Source: Candidatus Latescibacterota bacterium (GTDB lineage Bacteria > Latescibacterota > UBA2968 > GCA-2709665). Taken from it: a DNA stretch of 64,000 nt. How positions within the stretch are numbered: position 1 is the first letter of the stretch; every line of letters begins with the position of its first letter. The notes below the pieces were generated by a model that ran no database searches, had not been told where the DNA came from, and saw nothing but the letters and a program-made list of their open reading frames with translations. A program made the position numbers and the translations under genes. This document shows, in pieces, positions 44,874 to 54,552 of the stretch. Location of the stretch: assembly GCA_965248435.1 (NCBI GenBank), contig OZ252100.1, positions 5,592,477-5,656,476 on the forward strand, read 5' to 3'.

Positions 44874-45805
44874 GGCGAGGGGGTCACAGGAATTTCTGAG
44901 AAGGGGGGGGTGCTGTGCGCAGAAAAGATGAATTTTGCGGGGTCGACCGCATGACCATTTCGGATGACCATATAGTGCAGGTTGGGTGCGGTCGTCCGCC
45001 CCGATTTCCCGAGCTTTCCGATGACCTGGCCGCGTTTAACGGACAGGCCGGATTTTAGGTCTGGCTTGCTCTGAAGATGCCCGTAAACCGTTTGCAGCCC
45101 GATCTGATGGTCGATTTTGACATAGTACCCAAGATTCTTTTCCCAGCTCACATTTTCCACGGTCCCGTCGGCTGTTGCCACGACCTCAGTTCCTTCTCTC
45201 CCCGCGATGTTGATCCCGTTGTTCAGCCGGCGCCGGCCCGTAAAAGGATCGGGCCGATAGCCGAATGGCGCCGAGTACCATCCTTCTCCAAGGACGGGAA
45301 AAATGGAAGGGATATGACGCTGGAGTTCTTCACGTCCTTGAAGCGCCGAAGCGACACTGTCAAGACTTGTGGTTAGAAATCGAGCCTCACGAAGCAGGTG
45401 ATCGAGGCCTTTGTAGGTTTTTGAAAATGCCTCCTCCATCTGGAGCGGAACGTGATCCTCCCAGGTGAATCGGCTATCTTCATCTCCAGGGCGCGACAAG
45501 CTTGCCCAGGCACGAAGCATGCGATCCGTCTCGGAAAGGTCCTCCACTTCCGCCCTTAAAGCCAACATTTTCCCACGAAATTGATGCAGTTCAACCTTCA
45601 AGGCTGAATTTTCCCCTTCGATAGAGGATAGCTCCGTACCCGGGCTGAAGCTTACGTGGTAGCTGATTCCATAGTAGCCCAGGGCGCACAAGGAAAGCAA
45701 GACGAGGCAGAAGATTCCCCAAAAGAGTCTCCGGGACACGTTGAACTCCTGAACACGGCCCTCCGTGTGCGGTATCATCATGAAGGTGAGATATTTTTTG
45801 TTCAT
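44870..45805 (-). CDS. M23/LytM-family protein with degenerate zinc site
   Basis: TM plus coiled coil; FGYR.DPFTG, YGHL, TTAPNLHY; HxxxD is replaced by NNGIN. Confidence 0.85.
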   Translation of the reverse strand: MNKKYLTFMMIPHTEGRVQEFNVSRRLFWGIFCLVLLSLCALGYYGISYHVSFSPGTELSSIEGENSALKVELHQFRGKMLALRAEVEDLSETDRMLRAWASLSRPGDEDSRFTWEDHVPLQMEEAFSKTYKGLDHLLREARFLTTSLDSVASALQGREELQRHIPSIFPVLGEGWYSAPFGYRPDPFTGRRRLNNGINIAGREGTEVVATADGTVENVSWEKNLGYYVKIDHQIGLQTVYGHLQSKPDLKSGLSVKRGQVIGKLGKSGRTTAPNLHYMVIRNGHAVDPAKFIFSAHSTPPFSEIPVTPSP

Positions 45806-45823
45806 CGAATTGTTCGGTCAAGC

Positions 45824-46918
45824 TTAATGCAACACATACGCCGTATCTTTCGTAATCGCGCTACTTCGACCAGCCTGGGCGACTTTCATGGCAAGAAGAC
45901 CGTCTTCCTGATCCACGCAAAAGGGTGCATCCTTGGTGCACTGCTCGACGAAGTGTCTGAGCTCCCGTTTATAGGCGGGCCCGAACCTCTCGATGAAGAC
46001 GGGAACCTGCTCTCCGTAATCCCTCATCTCAAAGCTCGTCCTCTCTAGGACTCGTTCCCGCCCGAAGGCTTCCAGGCTTACCTTTGTAGGGCACTCCTGA
46101 AACGTCCCGACGCGAATGAACCCTTCCTCGCCGAAGATCCAGGTTTCGTTTCGATATCCAGCAACGTGATTCCTGCTTGCCTGCACCTGTCCAGTCGTGC
46201 CTTTGGGAAACCACATCTGAAGGAATGCGTCATCGAAATCCTCCTCTACTGGGCTCAACTTGTGGCTGAAAAGATTTGTGCAGGTCGCGCTAACAGAGAT
46301 TGGCCGGTCCTCGAGCAACCACGTCACCTCATCAATATTATGGACGGCCATATCAGAAAGGATTCCCGCACTGTCGTAGCCTTGTGGAAGGGGCTCGGGA
46401 TCCTCCAGGATAGATATGATCTTGAATGGCATCCCGATGCGCCCTTGTTTCAACAGGCGCTTTGCGCGGACCAGGGGTTTGTCAAAACGCCGCATGAATG
46501 CCTGCATCACGGCAAATTTTTTCTTCGCGTCACTGGACAGGTGGCTACATAGATCGGATGCCGCCTCGACAGAGTGGGCGAGCGGCTTTTCCAGCATGAT
46601 GCGATAGCCCGCATCGACGAGTGCCCTGCAATCGTGATCGTGGTCTTTGGTCGCCGAGGCGACGACGGCCGCATCGATCACGTTGGCCTGGATCAGATCC
46701 TCAACGGTCGTGAAGCCAAGAACTGGCTTGCTTTGCTCGGACAGAAGATTCGCAGTCTGCTCAGCTGAATTCCCGTACGTGTCCGCAACTGCGACGAGCT
46801 CGCAGCTTCTCGTTTCGCGGGCCAGCTCCAGCGCGTGCCTTGCGTGAAAGCTTCCGATTCTTCCTGCGCCTACGACGCCAAGTCTTAGGGGATTATTCAA
46901 CTGTTCGTGGATTCTCAA
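45824..46918 (-). CDS. Gfo/Idh/MocA oxidoreductase (inositol 2-dehydrogenase-like)
   Basis: GAGRIG, EKP, RRFD, DMAVH. Confidence 0.9.
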   Translation of the reverse strand: MRIHEQLNNPLRLGVVGAGRIGSFHARHALELARETRSCELVAVADTYGNSAEQTANLLSEQSKPVLGFTTVEDLIQANVIDAAVVASATKDHDHDCRALVDAGYRIMLEKPLAHSVEAASDLCSHLSSDAKKKFAVMQAFMRRFDKPLVRAKRLLKQGRIGMPFKIISILEDPEPLPQGYDSAGILSDMAVHNIDEVTWLLEDRPISVSATCTNLFSHKLSPVEEDFDDAFLQMWFPKGTTGQVQASRNHVAGYRNETWIFGEEGFIRVGTFQECPTKVSLEAFGRERVLERTSFEMRDYGEQVPVFIERFGPAYKRELRHFVEQCTKDAPFCVDQEDGLLAMKVAQAGRSSAITKDTAYVLH

Positions 46919-47488
46919 TCACATCCAGAGGATCGGCTTCTCTGCTTGCAATTGCCAGAGCCGAGTTGGGGGCGTTGTAGAATAGAGCGCGATGGTTACC
47001 CTCAATCTGAGTTCGACTGGCCGAGTTTGATCGCGCTTGGCCCGGAGAAAGAACGTCGCAATGAGGCCGGTCTCGGGCACAGCTTCGGCATTTGCAAACA
47101 GAGTGGATCCGCCGTTTGCAATGCTCCTGAACGGGACGGAAGCCGGGGTTTCTCCATCGGAAGCCTCCTTGGCCATAAGCAGGAAGTTCTCCGTAAAGTG
47201 GCCGCCTTCGTCGATGACGTTGAGCAGAACCCCGAACGCCATCTGGCCAGCTGCTTCCGGAAGGTAGAGTTTCACCTCCAGCTGGTCGCCCGCGCGCGGA
47301 AGAGATGGCCCCTGCCTCCCACCGTAGGTGGTTGCGCCACCGACCTGAGTGTCTACGACGAGGTTCGTTCGGGTGAGGGGTGGAGAGATGCCCTCGAGCG
47401 GGTCTGAAACCTGAGGCTCGGCTACGCCCCAGGCAAACAACACGGAGAGGCAAACTATGGTCGCACCAACAGGGTTTTCGCAGAGCAT
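46919..47488 (-). CDS. Secreted hypothetical protein (beta-sandwich-like)
   Basis: Signal-like N-terminus; abuts the downstream gene. Confidence 0.5.
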   Translation of the reverse strand: MLCENPVGATIVCLSVLFAWGVAEPQVSDPLEGISPPLTRTNLVVDTQVGGATTYGGRQGPSLPRAGDQLEVKLYLPEAAGQMAFGVLLNVIDEGGHFTENFLLMAKEASDGETPASVPFRSIANGGSTLFANAEAVPETGLIATFFLRAKRDQTRPVELRLRVTIALYSTTPPTRLWQLQAEKPILWM

Positions 47489-47501
47489 CTCGACCGTGCG
47501 T

Positions 47502-47534
47502 AAAAAAGCAGGAAGCTATGCAATGACTTCCTGC
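47502..47534 (-). terminator. Intrinsic terminator
   Basis: GCAGGAAG/CTTCCTGC stem with a T-tract on the minus strand. Confidence 0.6.
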
Positions 47535-47581
47535 GGCTCTATGCTTCTGGATGGCCTACAGATTTAATGTATAGGGGGATC

Positions 47582-47899
47582 TCAAGAGCTGGAAGGGGCG
47601 GACTCAGCTGTCTCAGACCGAGTTGGAATGGCGTTGTTGATCTTCTGCTGAATCTCTGAAGCCTGCTGCTCGAGCAGGAGGGCCTCCTCTTCGAACTTAG
47701 CAGTGCGGGATTCTGCTTCCGTACGGGAGTGTTCGGACTCCTTGAGTTGATCTTCGAGCCTCTGCAGGTCGATCATACTTTGCTCGAGTTTAGCCTTACT
47801 CTCTCGAAACTGTTCAACGAAACCGACCAGGATCAATGTCAAGTATCCAATAGAACCGACGATGACGCCCAGAAAAACGAATTTGAGATTTTCCATCAT
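47582..47899 (-). CDS. TM-anchored coiled-coil protein
   Basis: N-terminal TM plus heptads. Confidence 0.7.
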   Translation of the reverse strand: MMENLKFVFLGVIVGSIGYLTLILVGFVEQFRESKAKLEQSMIDLQRLEDQLKESEHSRTEAESRTAKFEEEALLLEQQASEIQQKINNAIPTRSETAESAPSSS

Positions 47900-47926
47900 T
47901 GAACGGATCCAGATGTCCCTCTAAGT

Positions 47927-48223
47927 TTATTTCCGCTTCTCGCGCTGGCGGCGAAGCTGGATGACTCTCTCGAACGCATCTGAAAGGCTCCCGCCCTTGC
48001 GAGCAAGCCTTACCATGGTATCGCGTGACATGACCATCAGGGTTCGAAGTTCGGAGTCAGGGTATCGGCAGAAGCTGTGTTTGACCTCTTCTCCCGTTAT
48101 GCAACAGTGCGATTCGATCGGATATTCCCGATCTGTATCAACAAAGGTCTCCCCGGGTCGTCGTGAGGATTCTGAAAGCTTGCTGTCATAATCTTTGAAG
48201 AATTCCGGTTTTTCTTTGGGCAT
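47927..48223 (-). CDS. Hypothetical protein
   Basis: GAGG SD; 98 aa. Confidence 0.6.
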   Translation of the reverse strand: MPKEKPEFFKDYDSKLSESSRRPGETFVDTDREYPIESHCCITGEEVKHSFCRYPDSELRTLMVMSRDTMVRLARKGGSLSDAFERVIQLRRQREKRK

Positions 48224-48307
48224 CGTGACTGCACCTCATGCTAAGAATCTGCTGATTAAATACTGAAGAGTAAGAAATATAGTAGAAAATAGGCGTTGTG
48301 TAAAGCG

Positions 48308-49480
48308 CTAATTGCTCTCTGTGCGTGAGCGTCTGACCTCGGCCAGTCTCGCATACCTGTTTTGAACGAAGACCATGAATGACCCAATCAGAATGAAGAC
48401 AATGGCGGCCTGAAGGAGTGAAAAAATGGCGTCGACGCCCCTCGCATTCTTCATAACGAGCGCAAGGAGACCAAGCCAGATGCTGACAAGATAGATGACC
48501 CACACGGCCTTTTTGTTTCCGATTCCAAGATCTGAGAGGCGGTGGTGAAAATGGTCTCGGCCCGTAAATCTGATCCATTCTCCGAAACTCCGGACCTGTC
48601 CCGATTTGAATCGCACGACAGTTATCAGTGTCGTATCAAAAATGGGCACGCCCAGGATAAGGATCGGCACGGTGATCCCAACGAGACTGACTGTGCCCCA
48701 GTCGCCCAAAATCCCGATCCCGGCGAGAGTAAATCCCAAAAAATTGCTGCCCGAGTCACCCAGGAAAATGCTGGCAGGCTTGAACCGCCGAAAGTTGTAG
48801 GGTAGGAAACCCAGGCAGCTCCCAAAAAGGGCGATCGAGAGTAGCATCATGAAAGGTTGGTCCGTCTGGAGTGCGACCAGGCCGAAAAATGCGGCGTTGA
48901 TGGCGGAAGAGCCGGCTGCCAGGCCGTCTAAGCCGTCCAGGAAGTTGACAGCGTTCGTGATTCCGACGACCCAGAGTGCGGTGAAAAGGATCTCGCCTGC
49001 CTGGCCCCACCAGGTTTCAGGCAGGAAGGAAAGGACCACACCAAATTTTATGAGCACGGCCAGGGCCAGGAGCTGAGCGACGAGCCGGATTCGGGCCGTG
49101 AGCCCCCAGATGTCGTCCAAAACGCCGATGCCGAAGATGAGGCTCGCCGCCAGAGCGACCCCCTTGAGTCCGTATGAAAAGTGCAGAATATCCCGCGCAA
49201 AGAGCATAACGAGTGCGAATCCAAAGAAGATCGCCGCACCTCCCAAAAGCGGGGTAGACTTGACGTGCGTCTTTCTGCCGCCAGGCTGGTCGATCGCTCC
49301 CAGCCTCGACGCCGTCCACCTGACGATAGGGACGAGTGTAAAGGTTATCGCAAATGTGAGAAGGAGCAGATAACACCATATGAGGTCCCATTCCCTGAAT
49401 GCCGATTTGGCCTCCGGCGTGACCAGGATCAACAAAAGAAGCAAGGAGAAGGCAAGTGCGATGTTGAGGTTTCGGCTCAC
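48308..49480 (-). CDS. WecA/TagO-like undecaprenyl-phosphate GlcNAc-1-phosphate transferase (MraY family)
   Basis: P.LGG, DD, NAVNFLDGLDGLA, FLGDSG, HFHH. Confidence 0.92.
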   Translation of the reverse strand: MSRNLNIALAFSLLLLLILVTPEAKSAFREWDLIWCYLLLLTFAITFTLVPIVRWTASRLGAIDQPGGRKTHVKSTPLLGGAAIFFGFALVMLFARDILHFSYGLKGVALAASLIFGIGVLDDIWGLTARIRLVAQLLALAVLIKFGVVLSFLPETWWGQAGEILFTALWVVGITNAVNFLDGLDGLAAGSSAINAAFFGLVALQTDQPFMMLLSIALFGSCLGFLPYNFRRFKPASIFLGDSGSNFLGFTLAGIGILGDWGTVSLVGITVPILILGVPIFDTTLITVVRFKSGQVRSFGEWIRFTGRDHFHHRLSDLGIGNKKAVWVIYLVSIWLGLLALVMKNARGVDAIFSLLQAAIVFILIGSFMVFVQNRYARLAEVRRSRTESN

Positions 49481-50514
49481 AGGATCTCCAGAGCTGTTTG
49501 GAGAATCTGACCCACTTCCTTTTCAGAAAGGGCAGGATAGATCGGTATAGAAAGGTCTCGCTCGAAGGCTTCCGCCGTATTCGGGAAATCCCTGTCGGGC
49601 AGTTTCAGCTTGCGGTGAAGCGGGCAAGAAACAGGACGACTCGCGGCTATCCCTCGCTTCTCAAAACTTGGGATCAGTTTCTCAGCCGGACGTTCATGGC
49701 GTATCACGAAGCGGAAGGGAAACTCTCCCTCTCTGAAGCCGGGAAGGCTGGCTGAGGTGTCTGACAATTCCTTGATATATCTCTCTCCGAGCCCCCGTCT
49801 CTTGGAGATCAGGCTATCAAGTTTGCTGAGCTGAACGCGAGCAATTGCGGCCTGGACGTCCGTCAGTTTGTAGTTGAAGCGCGGTAAAGCATCCGATCGT
49901 CCATCGTATTCTCTCAGATCCCTCGCCCGCTGCGCCAGCGTAGGATCCGAAGTAGCGATAGCGCCGCCTTCACCCGCGCAGATGACCTTTGTGGCGTAGA
50001 AAGAGAAGATTGAAAGGATCCCGAGGCTGCCCAGGACGCGACCATCCGAGCGCGCGCCGAGGGAAGTTGCACAGTCTTCGATAATAGGCCGGCCCAGGTC
50101 AAGAAAGGCCTGAACAGGGGCCGCGCGCCCAAACATATGGGGCAAAAAGACAGCGCGCGTGTTGGGGGTCAGTCGACGGGCAACGTCTTCGGGCGCCAGG
50201 TTCAGTGTGAGTGGATCTACATCCGCCAAGACGGGTTCGGCCCCGACGTGCTGGGCAGCGTTCAGGAGGGCCGAACAGACATAGGAAGGCATCGCAACGG
50301 CGTCTCCGGAGCCCACGTTCAAGGCGAGGAGGGAGATGTGCAGCGCGGCGCTGCCCGAACTGACGGCGATGACGTGCGCCACGCCCAGGTAATCTGCCAG
50401 CTCCGACTCGAACGCATCGACTTCTGTCCCTGCGGCCAGGTGGCCTGATCTGATGACTCGACAGGCCGCTTCCTCCTCTTCTGGGCCAAGGCAGGGACGG
50501 GAATGGGGGATCAT
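49477..50514 (-). CDS. DegT/DnrJ/EryC1/StrS aminotransferase
   Basis: SSGSAAL, IEDCA, SFYATK. Confidence 0.93.
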   Translation of the reverse strand: MIPHSRPCLGPEEEEAACRVIRSGHLAAGTEVDAFESELADYLGVAHVIAVSSGSAALHISLLALNVGSGDAVAMPSYVCSALLNAAQHVGAEPVLADVDPLTLNLAPEDVARRLTPNTRAVFLPHMFGRAAPVQAFLDLGRPIIEDCATSLGARSDGRVLGSLGILSIFSFYATKVICAGEGGAIATSDPTLAQRARDLREYDGRSDALPRFNYKLTDVQAAIARVQLSKLDSLISKRRGLGERYIKELSDTSASLPGFREGEFPFRFVIRHERPAEKLIPSFEKRGIAASRPVSCPLHRKLKLPDRDFPNTAEAFERDLSIPIYPALSEKEVGQILQTALEIL

Positions 50515-50536
50515 GACCGCATTCTGAATAAGTAGA

Positions 50537-51178
50537 CTAGATGTTGATGAAGAGACGCAGCGCGGAGAAGGCCTCCGCGTTGTTTACTCGCCCCTGGATG
50601 CCTCTGAAGTGTGCCGACGATCGGGCAATGTCCACAATAGACCTGTCCTGGACATACGTATTCATCACCTGGGATTTGTGGGCTTCAAGACAGGCGAGCT
50701 TGGTTTCGAGGACATCGCCAATGTCCACAAAAATAGTGGGATTGAAATTCTGAGAAGAAAGACCTTCGAAATACAGCACATTTCGAATGATAAACCGGCT
50801 TGCGGGAATGACCGCCTGAGCGAGTGCTCTGTGGTCTTGATGCGTATCGTCAGGGTAAGGGACGAACCCAAAATCCGGTTTCACTTCTTGAGCGATGCTC
50901 TCTATGTACATGATGAGATCGCGCCCGCATTCAAGCTCCGTGTCCGGGAATCCTCCGAAGAAGACTTCATTTGCACCCATGATCCGGGCCGCTTCGCGTT
51001 GCTCCGCCCTTCTTCCTTCGGGATCTCCCTTACACGCCCCGTCGGTGATGACCAGAAGGTATATGTTGTGCCCCTGCTGACGGTATTTCGTGAGCGCCCC
51101 GGCGCACCCGAATTCGACGTCATCAGGATGGGCGCCGATGGCGAGGATGTTCATCGATTCTTGATCAGAAATGCTCAT
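50537..51178 (-). CDS. PIG-L/LmbE-family deacetylase
   Basis: AHPDD, HQDH, H.SQ. Confidence 0.92.
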   Translation of the reverse strand: MSISDQESMNILAIGAHPDDVEFGCAGALTKYRQQGHNIYLLVITDGACKGDPEGRRAEQREAARIMGANEVFFGGFPDTELECGRDLIMYIESIAQEVKPDFGFVPYPDDTHQDHRALAQAVIPASRFIIRNVLYFEGLSSQNFNPTIFVDIGDVLETKLACLEAHKSQVMNTYVQDRSIVDIARSSAHFRGIQGRVNNAEAFSALRLFINI

Positions 51179-51203
51179 CAATTCCCCCTTGAGAGCCACT
51201 TGA

Positions 51204-51899
51204 CTAGGATACCGTCCGATGAGACCTGCCCTGCCGAATCGTATCCAGACTATCTGATCCGCAGTTGAACAGGAGGTCAAGAACGGACATGTAAGGTTCG
51301 AACTGCCCGAACAACTGGTTGTATTCTGGGTGCCGATAGTCCTGAAAGATGACCGAAATCCCGGCCGTGTCGAACTGGTCGAGATCGAGGTAATCCTGTC
51401 CGCCCGCTCCTGACAGGTAGGTTTCCGCGCCTGCGGAGCGGCAGATTTCCACGAGTCGGCAGGTAGGATCTTCCGAGGTTGCGTCGGTCGTGGCCTTGAC
51501 GGTTGTTGAGATGCCCAGGTATTCCATCAGTTTAAACATCGTTTCTGTATTGAGGTCGGCCAACTTCGCCCAGTCCTGTGCATAAACCTCTTCGAAGAAT
51601 CGAAAGTAGGTCTCAAAGTGGCATGCCCTCGCATAGTTCGACACGAGAGCCTGCAAGTGTTTGTGTCGCCAGTTTACGTCGTTGTTGATGGTAATTTCTG
51701 TGATCGTTTCGGGGTAACGATGGTGTACCGGAACCGTAAGCCACTGCCACCCCTGCGACGTCTTTATCCGATTTCGATTCTGAAACTCGTTTTTTTTGTA
51801 TTGCACCGTATCCAAGATGACAAATAGGTCGGCGTGGTCGATCTTATCGAAGTATCCGAGCCATGGAAGGTACTGAGGTTGATGAACGGCAACGATCAA
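51204..51899 (-). CDS. WbqC-like protein
   Basis: HQPQYLPWLGYF...QNRN...YLSG...SVLDLLFN. Confidence 0.92.
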   Translation of the reverse strand: MIVAVHQPQYLPWLGYFDKIDHADLFVILDTVQYKKNEFQNRNRIKTSQGWQWLTVPVHHRYPETITEITINNDVNWRHKHLQALVSNYARACHFETYFRFFEEVYAQDWAKLADLNTETMFKLMEYLGISTTVKATTDATSEDPTCRLVEICRSAGAETYLSGAGGQDYLDLDQFDTAGISVIFQDYRHPEYNQLFGQFEPYMSVLDLLFNCGSDSLDTIRQGRSHRTVS

Positions 51900-53059
51900 T
51901 GAGGGCAGCCTGTCAGTTGGCGAAAGACGGCATCCGTTCGGTGAACGGTTCGGTCTATCGAGAATCGATCCACGGCCCGTTTATAACCCGCCTCACCCAT
52001 CCTTCTTGCGCGATCGCGATCGGTTGCCATCCTCAACAATCCTTCGGCTATGCTTTCGGGAGAGTGTGGTGGGACCAGGAGGCCCGTCTCCTCATCAACG
52101 ACAACTTCCGGAACCCCGCCCACCCGGGTAGCGATCACCGGGAGTCGTTTGGCCATAGCTTCCACAAGGACAAGCCCCTGGCCCTCATTGTGCGAGGGAA
52201 GGAGAAAGAGGTCGGCGGCTTCCAGCAGTTCAGCGACATCTTCACGCCAACCCAGGAAATGGACGTTCCTGAAGATTCCAAGTTCTTCACTTAGATTTCT
52301 GAGGTCGTCGCGAAGCTCCCCATCACCCACGATAAGAAGGTGCAGACGATCGTTTCGGCGCACGGCCTGTCGAAAGGCAATTAAGAGGTCACCGTGTCCC
52401 TTTACCGGAACGAGTCTACCGACTGTGATGCAAACAAAATTCTCGGTATGTATACCCAGAGACTTCCGAATCTGGTTACGATCCACAGAATGGGCTGCAA
52501 ACGTCCGAATGTCGATGCCATTGTAAATATAAGTGTACTGACGCCTCTGGCCAATGCGAACAGCAAGGGACTGGTCGATTTCCAGTTTTGTGAGGCAAAT
52601 AATCCTATCCGCAAGCCTTGCGCCGATCCGTTCCAATAAGATGAAGAAGCGGGTAGTCGAAGAGCCGAAATAACCCTCTAGAATCGTGCCGTGAGGGGAA
52701 TGGACAACGGCCGGTACTCCACAGAGACCAGCGGCGATGCGGCCCAGGATGCCTGCCTTGGACGTGTGGGTGTGTACGAGGTCGTAGCGCCCTGAACGGA
52801 TCACGCTGACGATCTGGAAGAAGGCTCTCAAATCTTGAAGAGGGCGGATGTCTCGCTGCAAGGCCGGGATTGGGATGAAGTGAAAACTGCGGTGAAGTGC
52901 TGCGTGCGTCAGATCCCGATTCGGATCACGGGTTCGACCAGCAGCGAGATCGACCTTGTAGATGGACGTTGGCAGCCTGGAAATCGTGTCGATGAGGGCG
53001 AGAGGTGCCCCACCTTGTTCGAGACGGGTGATGATGCTGAGAACACGGATCTGGCGCAT
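51896..53059 (-). CDS. GT4 glycosyltransferase
   Basis: HTHTSKAG; EGQGLVLVEA. Confidence 0.92.
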   Translation of the reverse strand: MRQIRVLSIITRLEQGGAPLALIDTISRLPTSIYKVDLAAGRTRDPNRDLTHAALHRSFHFIPIPALQRDIRPLQDLRAFFQIVSVIRSGRYDLVHTHTSKAGILGRIAAGLCGVPAVVHSPHGTILEGYFGSSTTRFFILLERIGARLADRIICLTKLEIDQSLAVRIGQRRQYTYIYNGIDIRTFAAHSVDRNQIRKSLGIHTENFVCITVGRLVPVKGHGDLLIAFRQAVRRNDRLHLLIVGDGELRDDLRNLSEELGIFRNVHFLGWREDVAELLEAADLFLLPSHNEGQGLVLVEAMAKRLPVIATRVGGVPEVVVDEETGLLVPPHSPESIAEGLLRMATDRDRARRMGEAGYKRAVDRFSIDRTVHRTDAVFRQLTGCPH

Positions 53060-53061
53060 GT

Positions 53062-54552
53062 TCAGGACGCGGTTTGCGACCGGACGAAGATCGGGTTCGA
53101 GAGGAGTCGGGTCTGTCTGGGGGCGCGGACATCGAGGCGGTAGTAATGTGTGCGACCATCTGTTGGGACCGAATCTCTGTGCGCGAAAGTCAACACACCG
53201 CTTTCGGTTCTTTCATAGGTTTTGAGGACCTCGCCATCACGAATGAGGTCCGCCGTGATGTAGGCGCCATAGACGGTGGGTTCACACTCAAGAGTCACTG
53301 AAACGGTCACCTCATTCGCATCGGAGATCAGGGTTCCTCCCATCATCGCCGAGTCATCCATATCTGACACGAAAAACCCATCGAGACGGACCTGGTCGGC
53401 GACTGGACCACCAAGGGCATAGACGCGACCCTCGCGCAGGGCCTGCAGTGCGTCTTCGCGTGAGCGTTCCCGCACAAGAAAGACAGTCTGGCTGAGCTTG
53501 GGAGAAAAATCCGCCCCCTCGACGTCCCCTTCCGCGATCGCCCACACCGGGTTCGCTCGCGCCCCGCTGCAATACTCCAGTAGGACCTGATCCCAGATCC
53601 CGTCAGGGGGAATGACATGTTTCATCCCTTCGTAGAAGGCAGCAAACCCGGTATAGTTGTGTGTCCGGAGCAGGTCCTCCTGGTACGACTCTGTCCGAAT
53701 CCCCACCTTAAAAGGTCCTCGACTCACGGAGCGGTCTACGGAGACCTCTGGATGTGCCCAGAAGACCAGACCGCCTCTGTCCACAACGTAATCGATCAGA
53801 TCTTGATAGGGGGATACACCCTGATCTCCCGCGTACTGGTCATACTTTCCAAACTTGAACGGAAAGTTGTTCAACAGAAATAGGGATCCCACGGATAGAA
53901 ATAGAAAGGCGGTCCCAAGGTAGATAAAGGGCAATCTGGCCTCCCTGGCGCTTCTTCGACACCTGAGGCCCAAAAAGAGCAAGGCAAGGGGCCAGAGACT
54001 CAGCAGCGACTGGATGCCGTAACCCCGGTGGAATCCGTTGCCGACCGAAGGCAGGTCTTCGTAATCATCCCCAGACGGCATCCCGAATGCGAGGAGGTGC
54101 TTGTAGCCGTTCACCATGGCCAGGTTGCCTCCGGTGAGACTCCCTTCCCAGTAAAAGAAGGGGATTGCCTCCACGCCGGGGATGACGACGATCTTGTCAT
54201 ACTTTTGGTCGAGTTCGTTAAGAAGAGCCAGGTAATTTCTGGAACCGAAGGTTTGTACCGAACCTGTCCGCCCAAATGCATGTCCGATCAACGAGCCGGT
54301 GATCCAGCCCATAATCCAGCGGGCCGGAAAGAAGCCGTAATCCCATCGGACGGTGTCGTGGTCGGTGAATACGGCAACCTCAAGGTCATTGTCGATCAGA
54401 AAACGAACCATTTCCTCAGGTTCGTAATCGCCTCCGCTGACAGTCGTGTCAAGGTGGATGACTCCTCTCAATTGCTGGAAGGGAGTCGCGGCACGGGAAG
54501 ACCCGAGACAGATTATAACGAGGAGTATTGCGAGGAAGGCTCGGCGCATCAT
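53062..54552 (-). CDS. PHP-like metallohydrolase with membrane insertion
   Basis: GVIHLDT, TDHD, PGVE, AHP; two internal TMs; YYR...SNPI C-terminus. Confidence 0.75.
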   Translation of the reverse strand: MMRRAFLAILLVIICLGSSRAATPFQQLRGVIHLDTTVSGGDYEPEEMVRFLIDNDLEVAVFTDHDTVRWDYGFFPARWIMGWITGSLIGHAFGRTGSVQTFGSRNYLALLNELDQKYDKIVVIPGVEAIPFFYWEGSLTGGNLAMVNGYKHLLAFGMPSGDDYEDLPSVGNGFHRGYGIQSLLSLWPLALLFLGLRCRRSAREARLPFIYLGTAFLFLSVGSLFLLNNFPFKFGKYDQYAGDQGVSPYQDLIDYVVDRGGLVFWAHPEVSVDRSVSRGPFKVGIRTESYQEDLLRTHNYTGFAAFYEGMKHVIPPDGIWDQVLLEYCSGARANPVWAIAEGDVEGADFSPKLSQTVFLVRERSREDALQALREGRVYALGGPVADQVRLDGFFVSDMDDSAMMGGTLISDANEVTVSVTLECEPTVYGAYITADLIRDGEVLKTYERTESGVLTFAHRDSVPTDGRTHYYRLDVRAPRQTRLLSNPIFVRSQTAS

